45,670 nt of DNA. It comes from Macrostomum lignano. Its lineage: Eukaryota. How positions within the stretch are numbered: position 1 is the first letter of the stretch; each line of letters opens with the position of its first letter. Position numbers and translations under genes: made by a program. The stretch spans positions 1 to 45,670 of the forward strand of contig NIVC01003235.1 in the NCBI GenBank assembly GCA_002269645.1, given 5' to 3'. Below are positions 1 through 11,049 of this stretch, piece by piece. The notes under the pieces were generated by a model. It saw only the letters and a list, made by a program, of their open reading frames with translations. It had not been told where the DNA came from and made no database searches.

Positions 1-425
1 GGCAGTCAGGAGGCCAGTCACTCACATGAGCTGTCAGCAATTGTCGTGGCGAATCGGCGCAGCAACTTGGGGAGTCCAGGCAGTCTCTTCAGCACTCAAG
101 CCAAAAAAATGCATACTATATATGCAGCATTTCGCCTCACATGAGATTCCTGTCCAATGGGAACAGCTGAATCTGGTCTCACGGCTGCAGCAGCGAGAGA
201 GGACGGTGGAGACGGTCAGCCGCACCCCTCCTGATACAAGGCAGCAGCCCTGCACAACAGCTGGGGTGGGGCAGGTCTCCCTAACAGCTAATTCTCGTAG
301 TGTTTTTGCTGTACAGTGAACCGGGCTGCGTCGCCACTTATCTGAACTCTTTGCAGTCAATGAAAAATTGTCACGACATGTTTTTAAAGTACAATATTTA
401 ATAAGTTATTAGCTATTGAAAATGC

Positions 426-522
426 TCTGTAGCAGTCTGTATTCTGTTGTCTGTAGTAGTCTGTATTCTATGGTCTGTACCAGTCTGTATTCTGTATGGT
501 CTGTACCAGTCTGTATTCTGCG
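426..522. repeat. Left part of a TCTG-based 24/26-bp minisatellite, split off by the LINE insertion
   Basis: About 4 copies of CAGTCTGTATTCTG(T/A)(T/A)GGTCTGTA(G/C), the same family as 6334-7581. Ends in GTATTCTGCG (513-522), which recurs at 6334-6343. Confidence 0.9.
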
Positions 523-639
523 TCTTGACTTACTTGACTTAGCTGCAGGGGGCGTCCGGCGGATGCAGCGAGGAGGCGGAGGAGACCGCCCATTCCGCTA
601 GCCCCTGGCGACCAACGACTTCCGTTGAAGTGGTGTCGC

Positions 640-3600
640 TCAGGGGGACCCGTCGGTCTCGCCTGCAGCGCGGTCCTCCTCACCGACGGTGGGGAAGAAA
701 TCAGCTCGTCCGGTGTCCCTGAGGTACCGGGCGAGCAGCGGGATGCTCTCGGGCCTGCAAACGTCGGAGAGAACCGGGTTTGGCCCGAGGTGAGTAAGCC
801 TGGCCCTGGTGAAAACCGGGCAGTGGCAGATAAAATGCTCGGCGTTTTCACTGCCTGAGCGGCAGAAGGGGCACCGCTCCTCGGGTACTTGGCCCTGAAG
901 GAAGCGGTGGCGAGAGAAGCAGCCATGCCCGGAGAGGGCCATGCTAACTGCTCTGAGGTCTCTGCGGTTGAGCCTGAGGAGGGCTCTACGCAGGAGAGGA
1001 GAGGGACAGGGGACGGCAGCACGGGATTGCCTACAATTCCGGGTGTCGTGCCACCTGCGGAGATGCTCGGAGTCAGCCCAGCGCTTAACGCGGGAATTGA
1101 TCACCGAGGCGGGGATGGGGGCACCCGGGCCCGGCCCCAGCAGCGCGCCGGCGGAGCCAGCCTTGGCCAGCAGGTCAGCGCGCTCGTTGCCGAGGAAGCC
1201 GGCGTGGCCCGGGATCCATCTGAGCTCCACCTGGTTGCCTAGCGCAAGCCCGTTGAGCTGGGTGTTGCAGTCCAGGACGGACCTGGAGCTGGCGGTGCTG
1301 CGGCAGAGGGCCCGAAGGGCTGCTTGGCTGTCAGAGTGAAAAATAAATTTCCGGCCGCTAAGCTGCCTTCGGCGCAGCTCTGCCGCGCAGGAGCTGATGG
1401 CAAGCACCTCGCTCTGAAAAACACTGGAGTTGAGCCCAGTGTGCTGGGAGTAGCTCCACACCACTTCTCCCTTGAAGAAGACGCAAGCTCCGAAGCCTGA
1501 AAGACCATGCCTCATAGAGCCGTCAGTGTAACAGTGGACTTCAGAGTCGCTCCAGCTGTCACTCGCCTCGTGTCGAGGCTGAATGGTGACCTTATACCTT
1601 TGGCTCAGGAGAAGGGTGGCTGGGATCGAGTCCGTGAGGATGTTGAGCCCGCCACACTCCTCGAGAGCCTTGAGGCAGAGGTCAGAGTGCGGGATAAGCG
1701 ACCGCTTCTTAAAGGCCCGCACTTTCTTGAAGGCCACCCCAGCATCCAGAAGACGCCGGGTGCTCTTCGCCGCCTCTCCTTTGATATAAATATCCAAAGG
1801 AGGGGCACAGAGGAAGGCATTCATGCCTTCAAAAGGAGTAGAGGGTGGAGCGCCCATAGTCATGCGGCAGGCTCTGCCCTGGATTTTGTAGAGAGCGTCG
1901 AGGTTGCTCTTGACGCTCAGGCCGCTAGCCCACACGAGGCTGGCGTAACTGATCGAGGGGCGGATGATGGCAGTGTAAATCCACCACAGCTTCCTGGGGG
2001 TGAGCCCCCAGGTGGTGCCCACGGCGCGCCTGATCTGAGCCAGTACAGCCAGGGCTTTTTTGGCTTTAGTTTGAATGTGCGGAGTCCAGTTAAGCCTGTG
2101 GTCCAGAGTGAGGCCCAGGCAGCGGACCTGCTTCTCCATGGAAATATTCTTTCCATAGAGGGTGAGGGGCTTAATGGTCCAGAGCAGTTTGTTGGTAAAC
2201 ATGACTGCTGTGGTTTTCGACTCTGAGAGTCTAAGGCCACATTGGTCTGCCCAACGCTCCGCTCGTCCCAGAAAGCCCTGCAGAAGGTCTCTGATGGTAT
2301 CAACCGAGGGGCCCGCGCATATCGCGGTCACATCATCGGCATAGCCCACCTTGAGAATGGGGTCGTGGAGATCACTGCAAAGCAACTCATCCATGACCAT
2401 GTTCCAGAGAACGGGGGTGAGAACGCCGCCCTGGGGGCCCCCTTTCAGGACAGGCACCGAAAGAGAGCTGCCGCTCAGGTGGGCCACAACAGTGCGGTTT
2501 CGGATCATGAACATGATCCACCGGACAAGGTGAGGGTGCGTGGCCCTGGATTCCAGGGCTCTGCAAAAGGCCTCGAAGATGACGTTGTCGAAGGCCCCCT
2601 CAATGTCCAGGAAAAGCGAGAGGGCAAAGCCGCTGCCAAGAACGGCCCTCTCCAGGAAGTCAACAATGACATGGAGAGCACTCTCGGTTGACCTGCCCGC
2701 GCGGAAGGCGTGCTGGTTCTGCGAGAGTGGGAAGCGCTTCAGCTCGACCGAAAGTAGGCGCCAAAGCACCAGTCTCTCGAGGAGCTTGAGGCAGAAAGAA
2801 GTGAGGCTGATAGGCCTGAAGGCCTTCACCGATTGGTAGTCGCTCTTTCCAGGCTTGGGGATAAAGACCACCCGGGCCTCTCTCCATGCAACTGGTACAT
2901 AGCCCAGCTCCATACAAGCTCGAAGGAGACGACAGAGCAGGTCCAGGAAGCGGTGGTTTTTCACCGCCTCGTGCAAGAACGCTGGGTAGATGCCGTCGGG
3001 CCCAGGCGCCTTGAACGGGTTAAAGGACCTTGCCGCTCTAATAATGCGGTCTTTGGTGATCATAGACTTTGCTAGGCCTTGCCCTCCCACTGTGTGGTCG
3101 GGCGGGCCCTGCTGAGTCGGAGATTTAGGGAAAAAACTGTTGAGCATGAGCTCTAGAGTCTCTTCCGAACTCTCTGTGACCGAGCCGTCAGGTCTCTTCA
3201 CAACAGAGAGTTTAGAAAAACGGTCATTAGTGAGTGCCTTAACCACGCGGGCTACGGGGCGAGAGCCCTCAAGCCCTTCGCAATATTGGCGCCACTTGGC
3301 CGTCTTGGCCCTTCTGACTTGGCCCTTAAACTCGTGGATCGCACGGGTATAGGCCTCTCTGTCAGATGGGTCTTTGGTTTTGAGCGCTCGCCTTTGGAGG
3401 GTCCTGGCTCGGCGCCGAAGGGCCCCGAGCTCTGGGTTCCACCAGGGAGCAGATTTCTTGCCTTTATAGGCCTTTAGGGGGCAGGCTGCTTCAAAGGCAG
3501 TGGTGATCGCCCCGCCCAGGGAGGAGGCGAGATCGTCCACTACCTGGCAGTCAGAGAGGTCACTGGGGGGTCAAGATCCCGAAGGCCGCGGCTCAGCTTC

Positions 3601-4342
3601 GAGCCAAAGGCGGCCCAATCGGTGTTCCTGACGTTCCGACTCCAAGTGACCTTAGGCTTTTGCTTGGTCGCCCAATGCAAAAGCGGATAAAGCGGTGGTC
3701 CGAGAGCGAGTCCTCGTCCCACACTCGCCAGCCCGTAACTGCGGAAAGCAGTCCGGGTGAGGCGATGGTGGTGTCGATGACTTCGGCCCACCGCCCATTA
3801 TTGAACGTTGGTGCATTGCCCACGTTACAGAAGTTGAGGTTAGTGCTGCTGACATAGGCCAGCAGCTCCTCGCCTCTGCTATTGATGTTCTTGCTGCCCC
3901 AATGCAGGTGGTGTGCGTTCACATCCCCTGCAATGAGCAGCTCGAACCGATGGGACGCAGCATAGTCAGTAAGGTTGACTAACGCGTCGCAGACAACTGG
4001 GGCATCGCCTGGGAAATAGGCAGATGCTACCAGCACAGGTTTATTGGGAATGAGGTTATTGATTTGAACAACACAGATGTCCCCAGTCGAGAGATCAGGT
4101 CTCATCCATGCCTCAAAAGCTTTTGCAGCAAAGACCAGAGATCTTGGGCGAGGCTGAGAGCCCGCCATGCAAAAACAGTGGTAGCCAGATGGCACATTAT
4201 TTGGCTTACCTTTAGTCATCCAGGGCTCCTGTACGAAGACCAGGCCCGGAAGCTGTTGCTCTGCCGTGCGCATCAGGTTGACCGACGCCGCCACGCAGTG
4301 CTGGGTGTTGATCTGCAGACACCAGGTAGTCGCTGGCATCAT
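640..4342 (-). CDS. LINE ORF2: AP endonuclease, reverse transcriptase, RNase H; two -1 frameshifts in the APE-RT linker (~3670 and ~3567)
   Basis: APE motifs LQINTQH, VQEPW, GDVNAHH, IDTTI, SDHRFI (3593-4342). Linker RNVRNTDW lies in a second frame. RT motifs KAPGPDG, FRPISLTS, QHAFR, GPQGGVLTP, YADD (2332-2343). RNase H motifs YTDGS, SEVLAI, SDSQAAL, WIPGH, GNERAD, then CPFC..ENAEHFICHC (640-3540). Confidence 0.92.
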
Positions 4343-5859
4343 TGCAGATCGGATGTTGCAGCCGCCAGGAGTTCCTCCTCCTCCTCGGCGCTCACCGGCT
4401 TCGGGTCGGGGTCGCCGGTGTCCATGGGCTCTTCTTCAGCAAAAGGCCCCCGATTGGCCGGAAGGCAGTAGGCAGCGTTCGCCGCCCTTTGCCCACCATC
4501 CATGGGGTCCTCCGCCTCAGATTGGCCCAATGCCCTGGAGCAGCCAGCCGCCTGGGCAGGCGGGTCCGTCTCCAGTCGGCCCTGCCCCGAGGGGTTGGGC
4601 CCAGCTGGGACGTCCCCACCCTCCCTGGACGAACTGGTGCGCCTAGGCGTCCCGGCGACCTCTTGCCTCAGCTGGGTGATTTTGGCGGTACGGACTGCCT
4701 CAGCTGCACGCTGGTACAGGCCGCGCCGCTTGGTGCTGCGCGCCGGGCGTCGGTCGCCTCCGCCCTCAGCAGCGCGCTCAGCTTTGCCCACGCGGCCGTG
4801 CTGCCGGGCAGGGCGGTTTGCTTTGGCAGTCTGAGCAGAGGCTTGCGCCTCGGCCCCGGCCGCCTCCGCATCCCGCCCGCCCTGCTCACTGCCACGGGGA
4901 GGGTCGGCCTCGTAGGAGCGGATGCGCAGCTTCCAAAGGCCGACGTTGATGAAGCTGCCGTGTCGATAACGCCTCATCCAGGCGTCCGACAGCCCCAGGA
5001 TGGCTGTGAAGCCAGTGCCGTCGGTGCGCTTAAGGGTGTCATGCACCACTAGGCCCGCGGCGGGAAGCTCCCGGTTGACTGCTAGCAGTCCTTTCCGGAG
5101 CTCGTCAGCAGAGGTAACAACGCTCCTGGCCGGGACCCAGATTCGATGCCTCTTGGTCCGGGGGCGCTCGTCCTCTCTGCAGAAGGCTAGGTTGAGGTCC
5201 CAGCTCTGCTCGGGCAGCAGCTCAAGGAGCCGCCGACCCGAGTCAGCATCACTGGGCCAAATGAGAAGGCACGAGTCCCTCGTCGCATTCGAATGAATGT
5301 TCAGAGGCGTGCCCTTCAGAGTTTGCTTCCACAGGAGGCCATCAACGGCACTTCTCACCTGCTTCAGCTGATCGGGAGACAGGCGCGCGTCCTTTCCCAG
5401 GATGACAACCGCCGGTTGCCTCTTTGCCGCATCAGCGTAGGAGGCCCGGGGGTCAGTGGAGTTTTCTTCAGGTGGGCTGTCCACCCTCCCGGCTGCATCG
5501 GCCTCCCTATCCTGGGCAGGGGCTTCCGTGGGCTCGAGGCCCTCTTCCGCCACCGCCCCAGACTGGGAAGCTTCCGCTGCCGCGGGCCGTTGGCCCCTGG
5601 CACCGGTTTGGCTTCCGCCCTCCTTGGCCCGCCTCGCCTTGTTAAGTCGACGGCGGGCAGCTCCAGAGGTGGTGCTGCGTTTCTTAGCAGCTGGAGTAGC
5701 AGGTGTCTTCTCGGAGGCACCGCTCAGAGTTGGCTCCACGGGTCTCGCCGAGGCGTCCCCGATGGTAGCAGGTGGTATGGCCGAGGAGTCCACGGCCCCA
5801 GCCGAGGCCGGAGGCACTGTGTCATCCACAGCCGGTTTGTTACTTCGGTTAGAAGCCAT
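4339..5859 (-). CDS. LINE ORF1 (gag-like nucleic-acid-binding protein, about 506 aa)
   Basis: Long ORF directly upstream of ORF2, likely ATG at 5859 (MASNRSNK). Basic low-complexity N- and C-termini around a globular middle. Its TGA (4339-4341) overlaps the ORF2 ATG at 4342. No CCHC knuckle seen. Confidence 0.8.
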   Translation of the reverse strand: MASNRSNKPAVDDTVPPASAGAVDSSAIPPATIGDASARPVEPTLSGASEKTPATPAAKKRSTTSGAARRRLNKARRAKEGGSQTGARGQRPAAAEASQSGAVAEEGLEPTEAPAQDREADAAGRVDSPPEENSTDPRASYADAAKRQPAVVILGKDARLSPDQLKQVRSAVDGLLWKQTLKGTPLNIHSNATRDSCLLIWPSDADSGRRLLELLPEQSWDLNLAFCREDERPRTKRHRIWVPARSVVTSADELRKGLLAVNRELPAAGLVVHDTLKRTDGTGFTAILGLSDAWMRRYRHGSFINVGLWKLRIRSYEADPPRGSEQGGRDAEAAGAEAQASAQTAKANRPARQHGRVGKAERAAEGGGDRRPARSTKRRGLYQRAAEAVRTAKITQLRQEVAGTPRRTSSSREGGDVPAGPNPSGQGRLETDPPAQAAGCSRALGQSEAEDPMDGGQRAANAAYCLPANRGPFAEEEPMDTGDPDPKPVSAEEEEELLAAATSDLQ

Positions 5860-6333
5860 TGGCTGGAAGTAAAAAGGTGGGACTTCCTGCAGAACACAGG
5901 CAAAGAGCCGCAAGGCCGCAACCCCAAACCAAGCGGCAGGCCCCAAAAAGGAAAATACCACCCCGCGGGGGGACCCAAAAGCGCAAGGGGAACCGTTAGC
6001 GACCAGAGTACTCCCTGGCCAAGCGTCCATCAGCACGGAGTTACACTGGGACATTAGAGGGTGCGTTTATGGTCACACCAGGACCCGGCGCCAACGAATC
6101 AGCTCGGCAGGGCCCAAGGGGGCCTGTCTTAACACCCACGGGACAAGTACCCTTCGAAGTGCGCCTTGCAAGGTGAAAATCAGGAGACAGAGTCTCTTGA
6201 GCTATCAGCCCGCCAGGGGAGGCAGGTGTGAGCATCGCTGGCTGGGATAAAGGCCATACCAGTCTCATACTGCACAGATAGTTCACCACGCCATTACGTG
6301 CAGGACCCGGGTCCTGGGGGCAACAGCCCCGGC

Positions 6334-7581
6334 GTATTCTGCGGTCTGTAGTAGTCTGTATTCTGTGTGGTCTGTACCAGTCTGTATTCTGCGGTCTGTA
6401 CCAGTCTGTATTCTGTGGTTTGTAGCAGTCTGCAGTCTGTGGTCTGTAGCAGTCTGCATTCTGTGGTCTGTAGCAGTCTGTATTCTGTGGTTTGTAGCAG
6501 TCTGCAGTCTGTGGTTTGTAGCAGTCTGCAGTCTGTGGTCTGTAGCAGTCTGCATTCTGTGGTCTGTAGCAGTCTGTATTCTGTGGTCTGTAGCAGTCTG
6601 CATTCTGTGGTCTGTAGTAGTCTCCATTCTGTGGTCTGTAGCAGTCTGTATTCTGTGGTCTGTAGCAGTCTGTATTCTGTGGTCTGTAGTAGTCTGCATT
6701 CTGTGGTCTGTAGCAGTCTGCATTCTGTGGTCTGTAGCAGTCTGTATTCTGAATGGTCTGTACCAGTCTGTATTCTGTGGTCTGTAGCAGTCTGCATTCT
6801 GTGGTCTGTAGCAGTCTGCATTCTGTGGTCTGTAGCAGTCTGCATTCTGAATGGTCTGTACCAGTCTGTATTCTGTGGTCTGTAGTAGTCTGCATTCTGT
6901 GGTCTGTAGTAGTCTGTATTCTGTGGTCTGTAGCAGTCTGCATTCTGTGGTCTGTACCAGTCTGTATTCTGTGGTCTGTAGCAGTCTGCATTCTGTGGTC
7001 TGTAGCAGTCTGCATTCTGTGGTCTGTAGCAGTCTGTATTCTGCATGGTCTGCACCAGTCTGTATTCTGTGGTCTGTAGTAGTCTGTAGTCTGTGGTCTG
7101 TATTAGTCTGTATTCTGTACGGTCTGCACCAGTCTGTATTCTGTACGGTCTGCACCAGTCTGTATTCTGCATGGTCTGCACCAGTCTGTATTCTGTACGG
7201 TCTGCACCAGTCTGTATTCTGTAAAGTCTGCACCAGTCTGTATTCTGTACGGTCTGCACCAGTCTGTATTCTGTACGGTCTGCACCAGTCTGTATTCTGT
7301 ATGGTCTGCACCAGTCTGTATTCTGTATGGTCTGCACCAGTCTGTATTCTGTACGGTCTGCACCAGTCTGTATTCTGCATGGTCTGCACCAGTCTGTATT
7401 CTGTACGGTCTGCACCAGTCTGTATTCTGTAAAGTCTGCACCAGTCTGTATTCTGTATGGTCTGCACCAGTCTGTATTCTGTACGGTCTGCACCAGTCTG
7501 TATTCTGTATGGTCTGCACCAGTCTGTATTCTGTATGGTCTGCACCAGTCTGTATTCTGTATGGTCTGCACCAGTCTGTAT
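6334..7581. repeat. Minisatellite array, 24-bp units then 26-bp units
   Basis: GTGGTCTGTAGCAGTCTGCATTCT (24 bp; 8-aa ORF periodicity QTATDHRM) dominates ~6345-7040. CTGTATGGTCTGCACCAGTCTGTATT (26 bp; 26-aa periodicity) dominates ~7040-7581. Confidence 0.95.
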
Positions 7582-7847
7582 TAGTAGTAATAGAAAATTT
7601 CGGTCATACCCCATTGTCAATTGCAAAATACGTAATAAGGTACCCGTCAGAAATTTTATTACGCACATACCTTATTTTTCTATTAAAAATTAAATAGTAA
7701 GGTACCGAACCAAATGGTAGGGTATTCTACATGCAGGAATTCCAACTACACTGCACCGTACCCACAAAGAATTCAAAAGAAGAAAAGATCTCAAGTTGGA
7801 TCAACCAACCAACTTGTCCAAAAACGCATTTTCGGCATATTTCTGCA

Positions 7848-8300
7848 TTACAAGAATAGAGGTAACACTTGTGTTGCAAAGCGTCGTAGGCAAAAATACG
7901 CGCGCCGAAACTCATTTCCTCGTCAAGGCCCACTACCAAGGAGACGCGTTAAAAAGAATCGAAGACTACCACCACGAGTCAGTTTGAAATACAAATAAAA
8001 CAACACCCAAATATCACAATAACCAGTCCGAGGATCCTGAATAGCAAATCGACTGTAGGACCAATTTCGAAAATCCCCACATTCTCGCCCCAACTACCGT
8101 CTAACATTTTCCGGTGGACTTAAACCAAGCGAATCAAAATATTCCCCGACTCTTCGTCCTCGGCGCCCCCGAACCCGCCTGCTACTCACCCAAACCGCAA
8201 CCCAATGCCTACCAGGAAGATTCGAAGTGTCTGTATTCGCCACAAAGAAATAGTCTTTACCATCTAAAGGTAATTGTCCAAGAATTTGAAGATCTCGGCG
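7848..8300 (-). pseudogene. Adenain-like (peptidase C5, Polinton/Maverick PRO-type) cysteine protease with premature stops
   Basis: FFVANTDTSNLPGRHWVAVWV...GEYFDSLGLSPP. Reading through TAG at 8094-8096 continues in frame with IQDPRTGYCDIWVLFYL (His at 8205-8207, Cys at 8016-8018). A second stop at 7923-7925 is followed by RGNEFRRAYF to TAA at 7848. Confidence 0.8.
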
Positions 8301-8857
8301 GCGCACCCGCGGCGGAGCGCGCATGCATTCGCACTGAAAGCAAATAGCGCTCTCATCCACCCGGAATTTGGCCACACTCACAATGGACTCCAAGCGGCGG
8401 CAGTCCACGGACACGGCCCTGGTCACGGTTTCAAGTAGCTGCGGCATTTGAACCCCGGCCCGCTGTCCATCCAGGCGCATGCGCTGGATCTGCGCGCGAA
8501 GCGCAGCAACTGAGGGGTTTTGACACCACTCATCCCGTATGTAGCGCGCCAACGTGCTGAAAATTGCCCGGCGGGACGAGCAGGGCGCTGCTTCACTCGG
8601 GGCCGGCCCATGAGGCTTGGTTGATTCGGCCATGGTAAAAAGTGTAGGTCTAATCTCACTATCTTCGGGCAACTCTGACACTGAGCCTACCATCTGCTCG
8701 ATTATAAGTCAGTGTGGACTCAATGTGGACCCGCGGGCGTTTTGGGTGGTGGCCCCTCGCCGCCCTCCTGCGCCCCAAGAAACCGAAGCCTGCAGCAACG
8801 ACCGGCTGGCCCCGGCTGAAGGTCCGCCCCCGGCCAAGGCACTGGTGAGCTCTACCG

Positions 8858-9093
8858 GGTCATCTATCTCAAAGTCAACTGGCGTTGCTTGGGCGGCTTC
8901 TGGACTCGACGGAGGGAGGGCGACGGCCAGCGCTACGTGTGTGTGTATGGGGCGAGGTAAGACCAATTGTGTGTCCAGCAGGTCATCTATCTTTACGTCA
9001 ATTGGCGCCGCTTGGGCGGCTTCTGGACTCGAGGGAGGGAGGGCGACGGTCAGCGCTGTGTGTGGGCGAGGCAAGACCAATTGTGTGTCCAGC
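8858..9093. repeat. 123-bp tandem duplication (2 copies)
   Basis: GGTCATCTATCT...GACCAATTGTGTGTCCAGCA starts at 8858 and 8981. The minus-strand ORF shows LDTQLVLPRP and ALPPSSPEAAQA twice. Confidence 0.9.
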
Positions 9094-10412
9094 ACAGCAG
9101 GTGTTGGCAGCTGCTGAAACTTCGCCACACAGCACAACTATTGTTTTAAGGAGCGGGCGTCTCGTTTGGAGGATTGGGGGTTGCCCAGAATTTCAACTTA
9201 CGCTGCCACGCGCTCAATTGCGCCATTAACTACCACCTGCCACGCAGATCCCCTAAGGAGCAGGCAATTGCAGGTTTCGGACAAAATTGCATGGAAATAG
9301 GGGTTCGGGAGCACCGGAATGCATGATGCGGACAAAACTACGTGCAAAAAGAATTCAGAATTTCTCGATTGATATTTGATATGCTGAAAAACTACTAGTA
9401 GTATTATACACCGTGTTTAAAATTTCTGATTCGTCAAAACACACAACAGGTGAGAATTATATACAAATTGCTCACAATACTGCTTACACTTTCCCTATGA
9501 CTTACAAACAGCTCAAGAAATAAAAACCCAGGAGCCCAGGAGCCTTGCCCTGATCGTACACGTTATTTTTACTAAGCCTAAATTAATTTCCAAAGGGATT
9601 AGCTCATAAATATTCAGAGAACTGGTTTTCCTATCTTATCCTTACTAGTCTATCCTGCTAGTCTATACTCAACAAAATTACAAAAAATTGAGAGGACTGT
9701 GTCTGTTGGAGTGCTCGTTAATTTGCTCGATAACTTCTCTGAGCAACTGGCTGGTTCAAACTTGACCGGGTAAGCTCTGAGCGGTGTAACAAACTCGGGC
9801 AATGTTATTATAATTTCATCTGGGATCTTCGAATATGTTTTAACAGAGTGAGACATCTGAGACTTCCACCCACCGATCGGAGGTGAAATTCAGTTTTGAA
9901 AAGGCAGAGAAGAGACCGTTGGTACATTCTAACTCCCTCAGTGTGTATTGGATGGAGGGTGCTGCGTGTCAGTCAGCTACAATTGTTATTACTGAGTTTG
10001 TATTAAAAACCACTGCACACATTGGGTAGGGGTAAAAGCAAGTTAGGCAGTTGTCTAATTTATTTAATGGTCACTAGACAGAGGGGTGGCAGGGTGCTCA
10101 AATTTTGATCATTGAAATTCAAACTTGCTTACCAAGAACTTGCTAACTAACAGAGCTGATATTATCGTTTACCTCACTGATCTTACATGTAAATTGACTG
10201 TTTATGAGTGCTTCTGATTTAAAGTTCAGGGTGCTTTCTCTTAATTGTTCTAGTTTCACTGATGTCTCTTTCACTTTTTAAATACATTTCACTGTTGCTA
10301 CACCTTTCAAGTACAAATTTTATGAAGGGCTTGACATGAACGTCATCAAGGGATGCTAAACTTGAGTGTATCCCGGAAAAAGATACCATTTAATCTCGAC
10401 ACTATTACTATA

Positions 10413-10595
10413 GCTGTCCCCTCTATTTGGACACTATTACATGCACTTTGCTCCACTAAAGCTGGCCCCTCTATTCGGACACTATTACATGCACTTTGCT
10501 CCACTAAAGCTGGCCCCTCTATTCAGACACTATTACATGCACTTTGCTCCACTACAATTCTGGCCCCTCTATTCAGACACTATTACATGCACTTT
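10413..10595. repeat. 48-bp tandem repeat, about 3.8 copies
   Basis: Unit CTGGCCCCTCTATTCGGACACTATTACATGCACTTTGCTCCACTAAAG. Confidence 0.92.
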
Positions 10596-11049
10596 ACTTA
10601 ATATATGTTAAAGGATAAGTACGATGAACAGGTCGTATTTAAACCATTCATTCTTGGCTTTCTATTTTGCATGTGTTGTAAGAGATCTTATCTTTATTTT
10701 ACACAAGAGATTTTTTCATTCTTTTAATGTGTTTATTTTTAACAAAGCTGTAGACTGCAAAAACTATAAATATATTTACAAATGGTTACACAGCGAAGAG
10801 CGATAGAGAAAAGCAGAAATATAAATGAAAAACAAAAAATCGGAAAGAGCAAAAGCAAGCAAAAATCCAAGAACTAAGTAATAAAGAGAGCAAAAGTATA
10901 TATTGTTTGTAGGTAAGATTTTTTACAATGTTTTGCAAACACTGAAGCAAAATTTTAGTATTCAGGGCAAATAAAATTTGGTATTTTTTTAGTGAGCTAA
11001 AAATGAAGCGGATAATTGAAAAGTTTATGGTGAATTTGAAAAGATTCAT

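Larger units (their letters stand above)
523..6333 (-). mobile_element. Full-length non-LTR retrotransposon (APE-RT-RNase H, LOA/Lian-like, I/R1 group), about 5.8 kb
   Basis: Flanked by the 10-bp direct repeat GTATTCTGCG (513-522 and 6334-6343). Contains a ~470-nt 5'UTR, ORF1, ORF2 with APE, RT, RNase H and a C-terminal Cys/His motif, and a short 3' tail (TAAGTCAAG)x2 on the minus strand. The clade call comes from domain architecture and the RNVRNTDW linker, not a phylogeny. Confidence 0.93.

Noticed and set aside
1-420. Overlapping ORFs 26-319 (+) and 34-360 (-)
   Set aside because: No motifs recognised in any frame; window edge.
3555-3690. Programmed ribosomal frameshifting in LINE ORF2
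   Set aside because: Two consecutive shifts would be needed and no canonical X XXY YYZ slippery site with downstream structure is evident; error or decay is simpler.
625-6057. Plus-strand and alternate-frame ORFs over the LINE (e.g. 1507-2226, 4342-5052, 5293-6057)
   Set aside because: Antisense shadows of GC-rich coding sequence with no recognisable motifs.
6041-7693. Many long ORFs on both strands (up to 461 aa)
   Set aside because: They are translations of the 24/26-bp minisatellite, with exact 8- and 26-aa periodicity.
9650-9856. 68-aa minus ORF between the protease and YR, checked as a possible capsid, ATPase or polymerase piece
   Set aside because: No Walker A, PolB or jelly-roll-like signature seen; left unassigned.
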